A stretch of DNA of 64,000 nt from an uncultured Pseudomonadales bacterium (lineage in GTDB: Bacteria > Patescibacteriota > Microgenomatia > UBA1400 > PJMF01). Under the pieces are notes generated by a model. The model was not told where the DNA came from, ran no database searches, and worked only from the letters and a program-made list of their open reading frames with translations. The DNA lies in contig CAZUHV010000002.1 in NCBI GenBank assembly GCA_964620965.1, positions 48,863-112,862 on the forward strand, in the 5' to 3' direction. Positions 46,915 through 56,204 of the stretch are shown in pieces. Positions within the stretch are counted from its first letter, which is position 1. Every line of letters starts with the position of its first letter. The translations under genes and the position numbers were made by a program.

Positions 46915-49761
46915 ATGCCAAAACTAAAACAATTACCAGTTCGCCCAAGTTTTCCTGAACTAGAAGAATCAGTTCTTGAATACTGGCAAAAAAATAAATC
47001 GTTCGAAAAATCAGTTGAAATGAGAGATGCTTCAAAAGCATATGTTTTTTATGATGGACCTCCATTTGCAACTGGGCTTCCACACTATGGTCATTTACTT
47101 GGTTCAACAAGCAAAGACGTCGTTCCAAGATATTGGACAATGAAGGGATATAGAGTTGAGCGTGTTTGGGGTTGGGACTGTCATGGACTTCCAATCGAAA
47201 ACATGATCGAAAAACAACTTGATATAAAAGGTGGTAAAAAAGGAATTGAAGATCTTGGAATAGACAAATTTAATCAGGCTTGTCACCGTGAAGTTATGCG
47301 TCTTGATGGAGAATGGGAAAAAATCATCGCCCGTTTAGGTCGTTGGGTTGACTTCAAAAATAATTATAAAACAATGGATACTACCTATATGGAATCTGTA
47401 TGGTGGGGATTTAAACAACTCTTCGACAAAAATTTAGTGTATGAAGGTAGAAAAATTGTCATGTACTGTCCAAGATGTTCAACTCCACTTTCAAACTTTG
47501 AGATTGCAATGGATAACTCATATGAAGACGTTGAAGATTTTTCAGTGTATGTAAAATTCAAACTCGTCCCAGAAGCAAGAACTTCAAAAAATGAGAATGA
47601 ATACTTTGTGGCATGGACAACAACACCTTGGACGCTTCCTGGAAATGTTGGCTTAGCAGTTAACACTGAAGAAACATATGTCCAAGTTGAGCATGAGACA
47701 GAACTACTTTGGGTTGCAAAATCCCTTGTTGAAAAAGTATTTGCAAATAAAAAATACAAAGTTGTTAAAACCGTACAAGGTTCACAACTAGTTGGAAAAC
47801 ATTACGAACCACTCTTCCCATACGTGAATCCTCAAACAGAAGGTGCACAAAATAAGCCAAATGCTTGGTCAGTCCTAGCCGCTGATTTTGTGAGTATGGA
47901 AGATGGTACCGGAATTGTCCACACTGCTGCAATTTTTGGTGAAGACGACTATGCATTAGCATTAAAAGAAAATCTTCCACTTGTACCAACTCTGAACGAC
48001 GAAGGAAAATTTCTACCATTTGTTGAGCTCGTTGCTGGAAAATTTTACAAATCAGCTGAAAAAATAATCAATGCAGATTTAGCTGAGCGAAATCTATTAT
48101 TCAAAGAAGAAAAAATCACCCACTCATACCCATTTTGTTACAGATGTGCAACACCTCTATACTATAACGCTGTTCCTGCTTGGTTTATCAATGTTCAAAA
48201 AATAAAAGATCAACTTATTGAACAAAACGAAAACATCAACTGGTACCCAGAACACTTAAAATATGGTCGTTTTGGAAAAGGATTAGAAACAGCCCCAGAT
48301 TGGAATATCTCAAGATCAAGATATTGGGGTACTCCTATGCCAGTTTGGATCAGTGCAGATAAAACACAACTTCGTGTGGTTGGATCTATAGAAGAACTTC
48401 AAAAATGGTCTGTTGACCCTAAACAAACTGAAAATCTAACCAACATTCACAGAGAGTTTTTAGACAACATAGAAGTTTGGGTTAATGATGAAAAAACAGT
48501 AAAAGGAACCAGGATTCCAGAAGTATTTGACTGCTGGGTTGAGTCTGGTTCTATGCCATTCGCTTCAGTTCATTATCCTTTTGAAAATAAAGAAAAATTC
48601 GAAAGCACTTATCCAGCACAATTTGTTAGTGAATACATTGCTCAAACAAGAGCATGGTTCTACACAATGCATGTTATGTCTGTAGGAGTTTTTGGAAAAA
48701 ATGCTGTAGAAAACACCCTTACAACTGGAACAATTCTTGCCGAAGACGGCACAAAAATGAGTAAATCAAAAAAGAACTATCCAGATCCATTATTGCTTAT
48801 TAATGAATATGGAGTTGATAGTTTAAGACTGTACTTAATGAGCTCAACAGTGATGAAATCGGAAAATCTTAACTTTAGTGAGAAAGAAGTTTCCGAAATT
48901 CGCAAAAAAGTATTCCTGATTTGGTGGAACATGTTTGCGTTCTATAAGATGTATGCTCCAGAAAATCATACAGTTGATTTGAACAAACAACCTCATTCTG
49001 AGGATGTAATGGATAAATGGATACTCAGCAAACTAAATACGCTTGTAAAAGAAACTACTTTTAACATGGATAACTATGATCTTGTCCGCGCAAGTAGGGG
49101 ATTGATGAGTTTTGTAGATGAGTTATCTACTTGGTATTTAAGAAGAAGTAGAGAAAGACTCAGAGAAGACCAAAATTCTGTAGACGTCTTTGGGTATGTT
49201 TTAGCAAGATTAGCACAGCTTTTTGCACCATTTACTCCATTTTTCAGTGAACTTATGTGGCACAACTTAATTTCAGCAGATGAAAGCGTTCATCACTCAG
49301 ATTGGCCAGACTTTGATGAAGCGTTCATAAATGTTTCATTAGAAGAACAAATGGATGCAATCAAAAAAGTTGTTGAAAAAACGCATGCGCTACGAAGCGA
49401 AGCCGGAATTAAAGTCAGACAACCTCTAGCAAAAGTCACCTGTTTTGTAACAATAAAAACACCTGAAAAAAATGTATTAGATGTTCTTGCAGACGAAGTT
49501 AATGTAAAAGAAATAGATTGGAAACACTCAACAGAAAACTTGAGAGTGTTGCTTGATACAGAAGTTTCTGAAGAACTCAAAGAAGAAGGCGAAGCCAGAG
49601 AATTAATGCGTAATATTCAAAAACTAAGAAAAAAAGCTGGCTTACAAGTTGGGGATACTGCAGTTGTTGAAGCTTCAGATTGGCCAGAGAACTGGAAAAA
49701 AGAAATTGAGAAAAAGACAAATACAACTCTCAAAAAGGGGAATGAACTTAAATTAGTTTGA
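46915..49761 (+). CDS. ileS: isoleucine--tRNA ligase
   Basis: From the ATG at 46915, downstream of the T-box terminator. HIGH-class motif PHYGHLLG and KMSKS. Editing (CP1) domain present. 949 aa. Confidence 0.9.
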   Translation: MPKLKQLPVRPSFPELEESVLEYWQKNKSFEKSVEMRDASKAYVFYDGPPFATGLPHYGHLLGSTSKDVVPRYWTMKGYRVERVWGWDCHGLPIENMIEKQLDIKGGKKGIEDLGIDKFNQACHREVMRLDGEWEKIIARLGRWVDFKNNYKTMDTTYMESVWWGFKQLFDKNLVYEGRKIVMYCPRCSTPLSNFEIAMDNSYEDVEDFSVYVKFKLVPEARTSKNENEYFVAWTTTPWTLPGNVGLAVNTEETYVQVEHETELLWVAKSLVEKVFANKKYKVVKTVQGSQLVGKHYEPLFPYVNPQTEGAQNKPNAWSVLAADFVSMEDGTGIVHTAAIFGEDDYALALKENLPLVPTLNDEGKFLPFVELVAGKFYKSAEKIINADLAERNLLFKEEKITHSYPFCYRCATPLYYNAVPAWFINVQKIKDQLIEQNENINWYPEHLKYGRFGKGLETAPDWNISRSRYWGTPMPVWISADKTQLRVVGSIEELQKWSVDPKQTENLTNIHREFLDNIEVWVNDEKTVKGTRIPEVFDCWVESGSMPFASVHYPFENKEKFESTYPAQFVSEYIAQTRAWFYTMHVMSVGVFGKNAVENTLTTGTILAEDGTKMSKSKKNYPDPLLLINEYGVDSLRLYLMSSTVMKSENLNFSEKEVSEIRKKVFLIWWNMFAFYKMYAPENHTVDLNKQPHSEDVMDKWILSKLNTLVKETTFNMDNYDLVRASRGLMSFVDELSTWYLRRSRERLREDQNSVDVFGYVLARLAQLFAPFTPFFSELMWHNLISADESVHHSDWPDFDEAFINVSLEEQMDAIKKVVEKTHALRSEAGIKVRQPLAKVTCFVTIKTPEKNVLDVLADEVNVKEIDWKHSTENLRVLLDTEVSEELKEEGEARELMRNIQKLRKKAGLQVGDTAVVEASDWPENWKKEIEKKTNTTLKKGNELKLV

Positions 49762-49793
49762 GATAAAAATAGTTTATTTATAGAATTTAGAGC

Positions 49794-50294
49794 TTAGGGT
49801 CGCCAAGTATTACCATTAAACCTGAGCTCTAAATCACCAAATTGTGCACTAAATAACACGTATGAAACTCCAGCCTCTTCAAACATTTCTAATGCAATTT
49901 TAATTGCTTCCGGCCACTGGCCATGTGATTGTGCGATAGCTTCTTCATGGACAACTACCTTTAGTATCCCTGAATTAATGATTGCTTGAGCACAAGTTTC
50001 ACAAGCTGCACAAGGAGAGTACATCGTAGCTCCTAGTGTTGTTTCTCCGAATCTTGCTGCCGATAAAATTGCAGAATCTTCTGCATGAATGACATATTTA
50101 TATTTTGCAGGTCTTTGTAATCGCATTTCTGTTTCCTGAACCCCTAATGGAAAATTGTTAGCACCTCTTGCAATAATTCTTCCTGACGGATTTACAATAA
50201 CTGCGCCATTTTGAGTGCTTAGATCTCTACTTTTTAATGCTTCTAAGTATGCTAATCTTAAAAACTCTTTTGTTTGTGAGGGGTTTGATTTCAT
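49794..50294 (-). CDS. CMP/dCMP deaminase zinc-binding family protein (dCMP deaminase-like)
   Basis: HAE...PCAACETC zinc-ligand motifs. 166 aa. Confidence 0.65.
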   Translation of the reverse strand: MKSNPSQTKEFLRLAYLEALKSRDLSTQNGAVIVNPSGRIIARGANNFPLGVQETEMRLQRPAKYKYVIHAEDSAILSAARFGETTLGATMYSPCAACETCAQAIINSGILKVVVHEEAIAQSHGQWPEAIKIALEMFEEAGVSYVLFSAQFGDLELRFNGNTWRP

Positions 50295-50367
50295 ATGATC
50301 GGTTTTAACACAAAAAAAACAGAATTGTCAATTCCTTTCAATGATTCAGTTCCTGTATACTAATTAA

Positions 50368-51576
50368 GTGAAAAATAAATCTGTTTGGTTATTTATCTCT
50401 ATTGCGTTCATGATTTCTTTTGCCGATGGAATCATGTCATATATCAGCCCAATTTTTATTGAATCAAAAGTTCATAGTACTTTATTCATGGGCATTATTT
50501 TTTCGTTTTCGTCAGTCATAGGCATTTTATGTGACGTAGTTTTTCCAAAAGTTTTTTCAAATCAACCTCATTACTTTTTCTTAAAAGCAACGTTGCTTTC
50601 TGCAATTATGTTCCCTTTAGTCTATCTTTTATTTCCAAACCATATTCTGACTTTCTTACTCGCAATGTCAGTATGGGGCATATATTATGAACTCAATATT
50701 TTTTCTTCATTTCAGTTTGTTAAATCATATGTTGGAATTGATGAACACACAAAAACTTGGGGGAAAATTGTTGCATTCCAAACTTCTGCTTATGCACTTG
50801 CGCCAATATTTGCCACCCATTTGTTAACACTAGGCTATAAACAAAGTTTTCTTTTTGTTTGTGTATTGCTCTTACTAACTATTGTTCCTATTTTAAAATT
50901 TAAGCAAAAATTTGTAATACACAGTAATAAAGACAGTCAAGAAAAACCAAGAAACATCTCTTGGAAGAAAGAACTAGAAATTTGGAAATTACTTTTTCCT
51001 AAAGTTTGGCAGCTAATACTCTTACAAACGGCAATTACCATTATTGATGCAGGATTTTGGACTATCGGTACCTTATTTACTCTGCATTTAAGTAAAACTC
51101 ATGCACTTGGAAATCTACTCATTCCTGCATATATGGCTCCGGCAATACTTGTTGGATTCTATCTTGGTAGATCTAACCAAAAATCAGGTAAGAAAAAAAC
51201 TGCATTAATTAGTAGTTTGCTATCTGGAATTCTGTTAACTACATACTTCTTTTTAAACTCTGTTACAGGAATCATTGTAGTAACCGCTGGAGTCTCAATA
51301 TTACTTGGGGTTGCAGTACCTGAAATAAAAGCAACATTTGAAGACTATGTGAGCAGACTTAAAAATGAAGATAATGAGATGATCGGACTTCAAAGTGCTT
51401 CTACAAGTTTAGCGTATGTAATTGCGCCAATTGTTGCAACATTCCTTGCAGAAATTGTTGGTTATCAAAATGCTTTTGCATTTTTAGGACTTTTCCTAAC
51501 AATTCTTACTACTTTCCTCATTTTTGTAACTCCTAAAAAAATTAAGATGCCACAAAAAGAGTTGGCAAAGATCTAA
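50368..51576 (+). CDS. MFS transporter
   Basis: 12 predicted TM helices in a 6+6 arrangement with a central loop. Confidence 0.55.
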   Translation: MKNKSVWLFISIAFMISFADGIMSYISPIFIESKVHSTLFMGIIFSFSSVIGILCDVVFPKVFSNQPHYFFLKATLLSAIMFPLVYLLFPNHILTFLLAMSVWGIYYELNIFSSFQFVKSYVGIDEHTKTWGKIVAFQTSAYALAPIFATHLLTLGYKQSFLFVCVLLLLTIVPILKFKQKFVIHSNKDSQEKPRNISWKKELEIWKLLFPKVWQLILLQTAITIIDAGFWTIGTLFTLHLSKTHALGNLLIPAYMAPAILVGFYLGRSNQKSGKKKTALISSLLSGILLTTYFFLNSVTGIIVVTAGVSILLGVAVPEIKATFEDYVSRLKNEDNEMIGLQSASTSLAYVIAPIVATFLAEIVGYQNAFAFLGLFLTILTTFLIFVTPKKIKMPQKELAKI

Positions 51577-51596
51577 ACTCCTGTATACTGAAAAAT

Positions 51597-52661
51597 ATGA
51601 GACAATGGGTCATTCCAATTATCATTTTGGTTCTAGGTTTGTTAAGTATTCTCACACTTTCTAGCATTGCTCCAGCACTAGCTCCAAAACAACTTATTTT
51701 TTTTATGATTGGCTTTGGAATCTTTTTTTTTGTTACCAAAATTTCCTTCAAACAGATCTCCAATTTAAGCAAAGTGGCCTATCTTTTTCTAAATGCACTA
51801 TTATTACTAACTTTAGTAATAGGAGACATCACAAAGGGAAGTTCCAGATGGATTGATATAGGTGGTATATTTGCAATTCAAGGATCTCAGCTTGCCATTC
51901 CAATTGTTACCATATACCTTACTACTCAATTCAACAAAAAACCTCTTACAAAACTTACTAATCTTTTTACATTCTTAGTTCTCACTGCTATTCCAGGAAT
52001 TTTAATTTTGATAGAACCAGATTTAGGAACAACAGTTGTCTATTTACTTTCCATATCTATAATCCTTTTTATTTCAGAGACTAAAAAATTACACATGATT
52101 CCACTTCTTGCTGGAGGTCTTGTCACAATTGTTATTGCTTGGTTATTTATTCTGCATCCATATCAAAAAGCACGTATTACTTCTTTTATTTCTCCTGATG
52201 ATACTCAAGGAGCTGGATATAATGCAAGACAATCACTTATTGCGGTTGGATCAGGACAAATTACAGGAAGGGGACTTGGACAAGGGATTCAATCTCATTT
52301 ACGATTTCTTCCAGAAAGACAAACTGACTTTGTATTTGCGTCTTTTGCTGAAGAATTTGGTTTTATTGGCTCAATTTTAGTGGTGAGCCTCTACACAGTT
52401 CTTGTTACTGTAACACTCAGAACTGCCCAAAAAGCAAATTCTCTTCAAGAACAGTTGTTTTGCTACGTAACTGCTCTCATGACCACTCTCCAGACTGGAG
52501 TTAATATTGGTATGAACATTGGGCTTCTTCCAATAACTGGAATTACATTGCCATTTATGTCTTATGGAGGAAGTTCCATTCTAACCCTGCTTGGTATGTT
52601 TGGAATAGTTCAAAATATTCGTCTGAACCAAAAACCAAAAGTGACCCTCCACTTGGAATAA
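51597..52661 (+). CDS. rodA: SEDS-family protein RodA/FtsW paralog
   Basis: EPDLGTT, QTDFVFASFAEEFGFIGS, PITGITLPFMSYGGSS motifs. Second SEDS gene, outside the dcw cluster. Confidence 0.7.
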   Translation: MRQWVIPIIILVLGLLSILTLSSIAPALAPKQLIFFMIGFGIFFFVTKISFKQISNLSKVAYLFLNALLLLTLVIGDITKGSSRWIDIGGIFAIQGSQLAIPIVTIYLTTQFNKKPLTKLTNLFTFLVLTAIPGILILIEPDLGTTVVYLLSISIILFISETKKLHMIPLLAGGLVTIVIAWLFILHPYQKARITSFISPDDTQGAGYNARQSLIAVGSGQITGRGLGQGIQSHLRFLPERQTDFVFASFAEEFGFIGSILVVSLYTVLVTVTLRTAQKANSLQEQLFCYVTALMTTLQTGVNIGMNIGLLPITGITLPFMSYGGSSILTLLGMFGIVQNIRLNQKPKVTLHLE

Positions 52662-52764
52662 ATTCATGATATAATAACCGTTCAGTCTGTGTTGTTGCTA
52701 TGCAATCTCGTTGGACATGCTACAACACCAAACAAAACAAGATAAAAAAACAGTAAGGAAATAT

Positions 52765-53082
52765 ATGTCATACGCAGTTATTCAAATCGCAGGCAAACAA
52801 TTCAAGGTCAGTGAAGGTGACACAATCACTACAGACAGAATTGCAGATAAAGAAGTCGGCGATACAATTAAAGTAAACGACGTTCTTTTAGTCGCTGATG
52901 AAAAAGAAAGCACCGTTGGAACCCCAACAGTTGCTGGCGCGGAAGTAACATTAGAAGTTGTTGAACACGCTAAAGGTAAAAAAATTCAAGTTGTTAAATA
53001 TAAATCAAAATCAAAATACAGAAAAATTCAAGGTCACAGACAACTCGAAACCTACCTAAAGGTAATAAAAATAAAAGCTTAA
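52765..53082 (+). CDS. rplU: 50S ribosomal protein L21
   Basis: From the ATG at 52765 (SD aaggaa). MSYAVIQIAGKQFKVSEGD... Confidence 0.85.
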   Translation: MSYAVIQIAGKQFKVSEGDTITTDRIADKEVGDTIKVNDVLLVADEKESTVGTPTVAGAEVTLEVVEHAKGKKIQVVKYKSKSKYRKIQGHRQLETYLKVIKIKA

Positions 53083-53093
53083 ACCTGACAAAA

Positions 53094-53124
53094 GAAGGGT
53101 GCGAAAAGCACCCTCTTTAATTTA
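53094..53124 (+). terminator. hairpin (AGGGTGC-gaaaa-GCACCCT) plus U-rich tract after rplU: terminator or attenuator
   Basis: 7-bp GC-rich stem with a GAAAA loop, then CTTTAATTT. Confidence 0.4.
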
Positions 53125-53134
53125 TACTACAATT

Positions 53135-54304
53135 ATGCAAAATTATTTTTTCCAACTTGGAAACACACCAGAACTTTCTATCACAGAGCTCAACGCAGTT
53201 GTAGGCTCTGAGTTTGTAGAACAGGTAAGTGATCAAGTTGCTTTGGTCAAACTAAGATCAGAGGAGAGAGCAAAAGAACTTGTGGATCTGTTAGGTGGAA
53301 CTGTAAAAGTAATTAAGGAAGTTGAAAAACTTGAAACTTCAGATATTCAAGCACAAAAAGAAAAAGTCATCGAGTATCTCATCCAAATTGCCGATGGGAA
53401 CAAAATTCATTTTGGATTTGGCGAATTAGGCAGAGATCATTTAGAAAAAATTGAAGGATTTGACCTTAAAGCAAGTTTACAAAAAGAAGGTATAAACTCT
53501 AGATATGTTGATGGTTCAAGATATGGACTTTCAGCAGCCGTACTCTTACACAAAAAAAGAGTAAAAGAAATATTCCTTATTTCTACAAAAGATGGCGTCT
53601 ATCTTGGAGAAACAATCGCTGTTCAAGATATTGATGACTGGACAAATAAAGACAGAAATAAACCATATTTTGACAGAAAAAAAGGTATGTTACCTCCAAA
53701 AGTTGCACTCATTATGGTCAACATTGCTCTTGGAGACAATCCTGTTCAAGAAAACAGAAATAATATACTTTTAGATCCATTTTGTGGAACTGGAACAGTT
53801 ATTATTGAAGGACTCTTAACAAACCTCGATGTTATTGGGAGCGATCTTGACGAAGAAGCAGTGTCTGGAACTAAGAGAAATCTTGAGTGGCTTGCACAAG
53901 ATTATCCATTTACTCATGAATATACTGTTTTTCAATCCGATGCAACAAGAATTCCTCCTCAAAAAGAAAAAATTCAGTATATCGTAACTGAACCATTCTT
54001 AGGCAAGCCTAAACCAAATCCAGCAAAACTTCCATATATTTTTAAAGGTTTAGAAAAAATGTATCTTGGGGCTTTCAAACATTGGACGACTTTACTTGAC
54101 GAAAACGCAAGTATCGTAATAGTTTTTCCAACAGTCACTATAGAGGATGCAAAAGGTAAAAAAATTACATACTCACTCGATAATCTCATTGACAAATTAA
54201 CAACTTTTGGGTACACTACATTGTCTAAACCTGTTTTATACAGTCGTCCACAGGCAGTAGTCCAAAGACAAATATACAGATTTAGGTTCAATAAACAAAA
54301 ATAA
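53135..54304 (+). CDS. putative RNA (guanine-N2) methyltransferase with an N-terminal THUMP-like domain
   Basis: From the ATG at 53135. LLDPFCGTGTVIIEG is motif I of Trm11/RlmL-type N2-G MTases. Variant motif IV TEPFLG. Lies between rplU and rpmA. Confidence 0.5.
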   Translation: MQNYFFQLGNTPELSITELNAVVGSEFVEQVSDQVALVKLRSEERAKELVDLLGGTVKVIKEVEKLETSDIQAQKEKVIEYLIQIADGNKIHFGFGELGRDHLEKIEGFDLKASLQKEGINSRYVDGSRYGLSAAVLLHKKRVKEIFLISTKDGVYLGETIAVQDIDDWTNKDRNKPYFDRKKGMLPPKVALIMVNIALGDNPVQENRNNILLDPFCGTGTVIIEGLLTNLDVIGSDLDEEAVSGTKRNLEWLAQDYPFTHEYTVFQSDATRIPPQKEKIQYIVTEPFLGKPKPNPAKLPYIFKGLEKMYLGAFKHWTTLLDENASIVIVFPTVTIEDAKGKKITYSLDNLIDKLTTFGYTTLSKPVLYSRPQAVVQRQIYRFRFNKQK

Positions 54305-54316
54305 GGAAATAGTAAC

Positions 54317-54574
54317 ATGTCACACGTTAAAGCAGGTGGTAAAGTCGCTCAACATAAACAAGGTAAACGTCATGGAAAAAGACTTGGTGTTAAAAAATAT
54401 GCAGGCGAAAAAGTCATCACAGGAAATATAATAATCAAACAAAGAGGTGCTAAATACAAACCTGGTAAAGGTGTTGGTATTGGAAGCGATCACACAATCT
54501 TTGCAATGATGGACGGAGTTGTTCAATTCTCAAAAAGATTTGGCAGAACTGTTGCAAACGTTATCAAACAATAA
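54317..54574 (+). CDS. rpmA: 50S ribosomal protein L27
   Basis: [31 protein letters not shown]... Confidence 0.9.
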   Translation: MSHVKAGGKVAQHKQGKRHGKRLGVKKYAGEKVITGNIIIKQRGAKYKPGKGVGIGSDHTIFAMMDGVVQFSKRFGRTVANVIKQ

Positions 54575-54600
54575 AGTATCTCATTTTAGAATTTAGAAAA

Positions 54601-54624
54601 GCCTCCAGGTACGGAGGCTTTTTT
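54601..54624 (+). terminator. intrinsic terminator after rpmA
   Basis: GCCTCC-aggtac-GGAGGC followed by T6. Confidence 0.65.
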
Positions 54625-54713
54625 AGTTGAAACTTCGTAAATACATCAAAATACTACTTATATAAAATTTAAGTACTCATTTTTCACACAAATACTGGTA
54701 TACTTTTCATAAT

Positions 54714-55556
54714 ATGAAAAACCAAACAGTTCAAAACCTTGATATCAATATTCTACAAGCAAACCCTTTTCAACCTCGTGAAAAAATCAACAATGAAGAG
54801 CTAGAAGATTTAGTTAAATCAATTAAGATTCATGGCGTTTTAGAACCTTTGGTTATTGCACATACTCCTGCTGGCTATCAAATCATTGCTGGAGAAAGAA
54901 GATGGAGAGCCTCAAAGCTTGCAGGACTTACCGAAGTCCCTGCAATCATAAAAGAAACAACCCCAAAAGGGATGTTAGAAATGGCAATCATTGAAAACCT
55001 GCAAAGAGTCAATCTTTCTCCTATCGAAAGAGCTCAAGCATTTTTTAGATTGCAACAAGAATTCTCTTTGGGAGTCAGTGAAGTTGCAGAAAGAGTTGGA
55101 AAATCAATTTCTTTCATTAGTAACTCTTTAAAGTTACTACAATTGCCAGACGCAATAAAAGATGGACTTCTAGGAAAACAAATCTCTGAAGGCCATGCAA
55201 GGGCTATTTCTGGCATTCAAGATATCAAAACAATGATAGAAGTTTATAAACAAATCCTCAAGGAAAATGCATCTGTAAGAAGAGCAGAAGAGCTTGCAAG
55301 AATCGCAAAAACTAAAACAGGACAAACAAGAGTATTTAAACCAAAAACTGTAGTGTATCAAGTAGACGATGATCAGGTTAAAAGTTGGGAAGAAAAAGTC
55401 AAAAATTATCTTGGAGCAAGATCAAAATTAAAACTAAAAAGAACAAACCAATCAACTCAAGTCAGCTTTATTCTCAAAGGTGATCCTGAAGAAACCCAAG
55501 AAGGTTTAGAAAAAATCATGGACTTCATCAAAGGAATCAAAGAAGGTTCAAAATAA
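54714..55556 (+). CDS. parB: ParB/Spo0J-family partition or nucleoid-associated protein
   Basis: VIAGERRWRASKLAGLTEVPAIIKE ParB box and HTH. No parA adjacent. Confidence 0.8.
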   Translation: MKNQTVQNLDINILQANPFQPREKINNEELEDLVKSIKIHGVLEPLVIAHTPAGYQIIAGERRWRASKLAGLTEVPAIIKETTPKGMLEMAIIENLQRVNLSPIERAQAFFRLQQEFSLGVSEVAERVGKSISFISNSLKLLQLPDAIKDGLLGKQISEGHARAISGIQDIKTMIEVYKQILKENASVRRAEELARIAKTKTGQTRVFKPKTVVYQVDDDQVKSWEEKVKNYLGARSKLKLKRTNQSTQVSFILKGDPEETQEGLEKIMDFIKGIKEGSK

Positions 55557-55568
55557 AAATAAGTAATT

Positions 55569-56150
55569 CTAGTATTCTGCTGATTCAATCCAGCCGAACT
55601 CACTTGTAGGCCAGTATCTTAAAAATGCTTTACCAACAATATCCTCTTTGCCAATTGGACCCCAAACACGTGAGTCACTAGAGTACTCTCTGTTATCACC
55701 GCTCACAAAATACTCATTAGGACCCATTGTGACTGTTCTACCTTCAATAAATTTTCCTGGAAGAGTTTTAAAATCACTTGGAATGTATGTTTCAGCCAGT
55801 GCTTCTCCGTTTACGTAATATGCATTATCGTGTAAGGCAATTGTATCTCCAGGAACAGCTAGGATTCTCTTTATAAAATCACAACCTGTCCCAGTAGGGC
55901 AACTTGCTTCTTCTGGAGCATGAAACACAACAATGTCGCCACGTTGTGGCTCACCAGTTCTATACACAATTTTATTCGTTAATAGATAATCACCAGAGTT
56001 GAATGTAGGATACATAGATCTTCCATTCACTTGGTGTGGTTGCATGAAAAATAGATAGACAATCAAAAAAAATGAAGCACCAATAGTGAGCGTTTCCGCC
56101 AAATCTAAAAATAAACTACTAAATGATTTCAAGATATTTTTCATACTCAA
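55569..56150 (-). CDS. lepB: signal peptidase I
   Basis: GRSMYPTF (Ser box), GDNREYSSDSRVWGP. S26 family. Confidence 0.85.
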   Translation of the reverse strand: MSMKNILKSFSSLFLDLAETLTIGASFFLIVYLFFMQPHQVNGRSMYPTFNSGDYLLTNKIVYRTGEPQRGDIVVFHAPEEASCPTGTGCDFIKRILAVPGDTIALHDNAYYVNGEALAETYIPSDFKTLPGKFIEGRTVTMGPNEYFVSGDNREYSSDSRVWGPIGKEDIVGKAFLRYWPTSEFGWIESAEY

Positions 56151-56204
56151 GATTATGCTATTTCATAACTGGAGTTTCAAGCCCTAAACGTGCATAATAT
56201 AAGC

